This document shows, one piece after another, positions 54,493 to 57,061 of a stretch of DNA of 57,061 nucleotides (positions within the stretch are counted from its first letter, which is position 1; each line of letters opens with the position of its first letter). The stretch is from Acidimicrobiia bacterium (GTDB taxonomy: Bacteria > Actinomycetota > Acidimicrobiia > Spongiisociales > JAOTWH01), in the NCBI GenBank assembly GCA_036446035.1, contig JAZFSG010000009.1, forward strand, positions 1 through 57,061. The letters are read 5' to 3'. Made by a program: the position numbers and the translations under genes. The notes beneath the pieces are model-generated. The model ran no database searches. It saw only the letters and a list, made by a program, of their open reading frames with translations, and was not told where the DNA came from.

Positions 54493-56456
54493 CAGTCAGC
54501 GTCCTCTCCGGCAACGAGAGGACCGGGCTCGAGCCCCAACGCCTTCTCTAGAACCTTGCGAGCCGTAGGAGCTGCTATTCGGCCCCCGGAGCCACCCCTC
54601 TCGACGACGATCGCGACCACGAATTCGGGGTCGTCGATCGGGGCAACGCCAACGAACCAGGCTGTGTCGACGTCCTCGGTATTGCTGTCACCCTTGATGA
54701 CCTCGGCGGTTCCCGTCTTTCCGCCGATGAGCGAACGAACCCGTGAGTCCGCGAAGGCACTGCGGGCGGTGCCGGATCCGCTGTTGACCGCCAGGGAGAG
54801 GTCGCGTCGCAGCAGGGTGATCGTGGCGGCGTTGAGGCCGAGCTTCCGAAGAGGCTTTGCCGGATTCTCGAAGATGGTCTCGCCGTCAGCGTTGATGACC
54901 CGCGACACCACCCGCGGCTGCCACAGCGTCCCGCCATTGACAAGAGCTGCGTAAGCGTTGGCCAACTGAAGGGGCGTCGAGGTCAACGCGCCCTGGCCGA
55001 TGATGAGGTTCATGACATCGCCGCCGGACCACGTTCCTTCGGCCCGCACCCGGCCTGGCGTCTCACGCTGCGTCGCCTCGAACCAGTCGCGGTCTGGCAC
55101 AAGGCCAACTTGTTCGAAAGGAAGGTCGATGCCAGTGGCCGAGCCGAAACCGAGCTGCTCTGCCCAGCGCTGGAGGGCATCCTCATCGAATTCGTCGCCG
55201 CGCCCGCGCCACACGCGTAGGGCTAGCTCCCAGAAGTAAAGATCGCACGACGCCGCCAACGCCTCGTGAAGATCGACATTGCCGTGGCCGGCAGAGGTCC
55301 AGTCATGGAACACCTGTTGGCTGTCATCCTGGAACTGGAATTCAAGGCGACCGCTACAGAAGTAGTCATCCGTGTGGTTCTGCAGCGGGACTGTGTCTTC
55401 TTCGGCCTGCGGGTAGATGCTCTCCTCCAACGCCAGCGAGTAGGCAACCACCTTGAAGGTTGAGGCAGGTGCGTAGTTGCCCTGAATAGCGAAGTTGTTG
55501 AGTGCGCCCTGGCTCTGCAGCACCGACCACTCGTCCTGAGTAAGGCCTCCAACGAAGATCGAAGGGTCGAACGAGGGGACAGAGGCCATGGCGATGATGG
55601 AGCCGTCCCGGGGATCGATGACAACTCCGCTGGCCCTGATGGCACATTGCTCTGGTGGACTCTCGGAGATGCAGGCGCCCGGCCACGGCTCCTGGGAGCT
55701 TCTGGCGAGGGCCAGCCCCTCGGCAAGAGCCTGCTCGAGCACCCGTTGCAGCTCACTGTCCGTTGTCGTCTGGACAGTGCCGCCGGCACGAGGCGGCTCC
55801 TCCCCGACAACGCTAAGGATCTCCGACTGCGCATTCACCCGATACTTGGTGGTGCCCGGCGTCCCTCGCAGCCAAACGTCATAGGACCGCTCGACGCCGA
55901 ACTTCCCGACCAGATCGGCCCCTTCGACTCCCGGCGTCTCGAGGTCCTGGTCGCTCGGTCGACCGATGTAACCGATCACATGGGCGCCCAACTCCCCCTC
56001 GGGATAGGTGCGAACCGCTACCGCCTCTACCCGAACGCCGGGGAAGTCCTCGGAGTGATCCACGAGGTAGAGGGCGTCGCCTGGGTCCACGTCGTTGCTG
56101 ATCGAACCCAGCGAACCGGCCCTCGCCTCATTGAACCGTGCCCGCACCTCGATGGCGGACATGTCTAGGAGGCCGGCCAGACGCTGTATGACTCCGTCCT
56201 CGGCGTCTTCGTTGATGAGCTCGCGGTCTACGACGACGGAGAGGGAAACCCGAGATCCCGCCAGCTTCACCCCGTTTCGATCGACGATCTCGCCTCGCGG
56301 CGCCGGTGAAGTGACCAACCGGACCCGCTGATTCTCCGCCTGCTGATCGAGGGTCGCGGCCTCGGTTACCTGGAGGTACCACAGCCGCAGAGTGAGCACG
56401 CTGAACAGTGCTACGAACAGGACGCCCAGAGCCAGGATCCGATAGCCAGGCCTCAC
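54492..56456 (-). CDS. mrdA: Penicillin-binding protein 2 (class B transpeptidase)
   Basis: TM anchor, dimerisation domain, ASTFK and KTGTA motifs. Confidence 0.85.
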   Translation of the reverse strand: MRPGYRILALGVLFVALFSVLTLRLWYLQVTEAATLDQQAENQRVRLVTSPAPRGEIVDRNGVKLAGSRVSLSVVVDRELINEDAEDGVIQRLAGLLDMSAIEVRARFNEARAGSLGSISNDVDPGDALYLVDHSEDFPGVRVEAVAVRTYPEGELGAHVIGYIGRPSDQDLETPGVEGADLVGKFGVERSYDVWLRGTPGTTKYRVNAQSEILSVVGEEPPRAGGTVQTTTDSELQRVLEQALAEGLALARSSQEPWPGACISESPPEQCAIRASGVVIDPRDGSIIAMASVPSFDPSIFVGGLTQDEWSVLQSQGALNNFAIQGNYAPASTFKVVAYSLALEESIYPQAEEDTVPLQNHTDDYFCSGRLEFQFQDDSQQVFHDWTSAGHGNVDLHEALAASCDLYFWELALRVWRGRGDEFDEDALQRWAEQLGFGSATGIDLPFEQVGLVPDRDWFEATQRETPGRVRAEGTWSGGDVMNLIIGQGALTSTPLQLANAYAALVNGGTLWQPRVVSRVINADGETIFENPAKPLRKLGLNAATITLLRRDLSLAVNSGSGTARSAFADSRVRSLIGGKTGTAEVIKGDSNTEDVDTAWFVGVAPIDDPEFVVAIVVERGGSGGRIAAPTARKVLEKALGLEPGPLVAGEDAD

Positions 56457-56968
56457 AACGCGGCCTTCCTGCGAGGACGACGCGGGGTCATGACCCAGCT
56501 AATCAGGGGCACGATGACGAGGGCCGCGGCCGCGCTGTAGACGGCCGTGAATGTGATGATTCGGAACACACCAGGATCCTTGAACGGTTGCTCACCGAAC
56601 AGTGTGGCATTGCCTACGAATAACACGCCGCCCCCAGCCGCCAGCAGCAGTACGCCAGGAATCACCAACAGCCAGCGGTCGACGACCATCCCTCGCCAAC
56701 GGACCGCCACGAAGGCCACCACGGTCATCACCAGCGCCCACAGGCCCAGCGGAGATCCGCCCAAGAGGTCGCTCAGGAGGCCCCCGGTAAAGCCGAGGAA
56801 GATCGCCGGCTCGGCGTCGAGCACCAGGGCCGACGCCACGACAGCAACGAGGACGAGGTTGGGGGTGGCATCGAACAACCGGAGCGAGTCGTTGACGAAC
56901 AATGTGGTCTGCAGCACGACGGCAACGATGACCGATAGCAGCCCGACGAGGAGGGCACGCGACGTCAT
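56453..56968 (-). CDS. mreD: Rod shape-determining protein MreD
   Basis: 171-aa polytopic protein between mreC and mrdA, with 4-bp overlaps on both sides. Confidence 0.65.
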   Translation of the reverse strand: MTSRALLVGLLSVIVAVVLQTTLFVNDSLRLFDATPNLVLVAVVASALVLDAEPAIFLGFTGGLLSDLLGGSPLGLWALVMTVVAFVAVRWRGMVVDRWLLVIPGVLLLAAGGGVLFVGNATLFGEQPFKDPGVFRIITFTAVYSAAAALVIVPLISWVMTPRRPRRKAAL

Positions 56969-57061
56969 GGCGCTTCCTCCGTCACGGGAAGATCATCGAC
57001 TGGAACGGTCTCCAGCTCGCCCTGCTCTCCCGGGCGGGTCTCCAGAAACACCTTCACGTAG
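56965..57061 (-). CDS. mreC: C-terminal end of MreC (truncated by the window edge)
   Basis: The open frame ...YVKVFLETRPGEQGELETVPVDDLPVTEEAP* ends in an ATGA overlap with mreD. Assignment rests on gene order only. Confidence 0.4.
   Translation of the reverse strand, partial: YVKVFLETRPGEQGELETVPVDDLPVTEEAP

Noticed and set aside
1-57061. Transposase, integrase, toxin-antitoxin, restriction-modification, retron/DGR reverse transcriptase or cas genes
   Set aside because: None of the six-frame ORFs shows the corresponding motifs. The only mobile-element signal is the tRNA-end repeat cluster at the left edge.

Overview
Visibly GC-rich, almost gap-free chromosomal window with Actinomycetota-like gene content. 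F420-type DDN, an LCP protein and CIRCE/HrcA are present. dnaG-rpoD coupling and mreCD-mrdA-rodA hint at a deep-branching lineage such as Acidimicrobiia, but that is inference only. From about 15.7 kb to the end the window is conserved housekeeping: tRNA-Asn, rpoD-dnaG, glpD, glyQS, uppS-recO, era/CBS-hemolysin/ybeY/PgpH-like/phoH, HIT, XRE regulator, dnaJ-hrcA with a CIRCE operator, lepA, rpsT-greA, holA-comEC-comEA, CPBP protease-leuS, tRNA-Ala, rsfS-LCP-nadD, obg-rpmA-rplU-rne, tdk, and rodA-mrdA-mreD-mreC(partial). The first 15.7 kb is accessory-like. It starts with a broken P-loop ATPase followed by tandem displaced tRNA-Met 3' ends, which looks like the edge of an integrated element. It then carries a lipase/SDR pair, an FAD oxidoreductase, a split small ORF, a DUF427 protein, a five-gene secreted/envelope cluster, DoxX/TlpA, and a Ku-less LigD-polymerase plus ATP-ligase pair. 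In the five-gene cluster three proteins share a Cys-containing FG-GAP-like repeat module fused to GH26-like or CapA-like domains. A second accessory insertion sits between obg and nadD: membrane protein, MoxR/CoxD-like ATPase, CoxE-like VWA protein, stand-alone receiver and M23 peptidase. No transposase, integrase, CRISPR array, rRNA or recognisable defence operon lies inside the window. Most long antisense ORFs in the track are GC-rich shadow ORFs. Several gene starts were moved downstream of the ORF-track start on the basis of conserved N-termini, overlaps and RBS.
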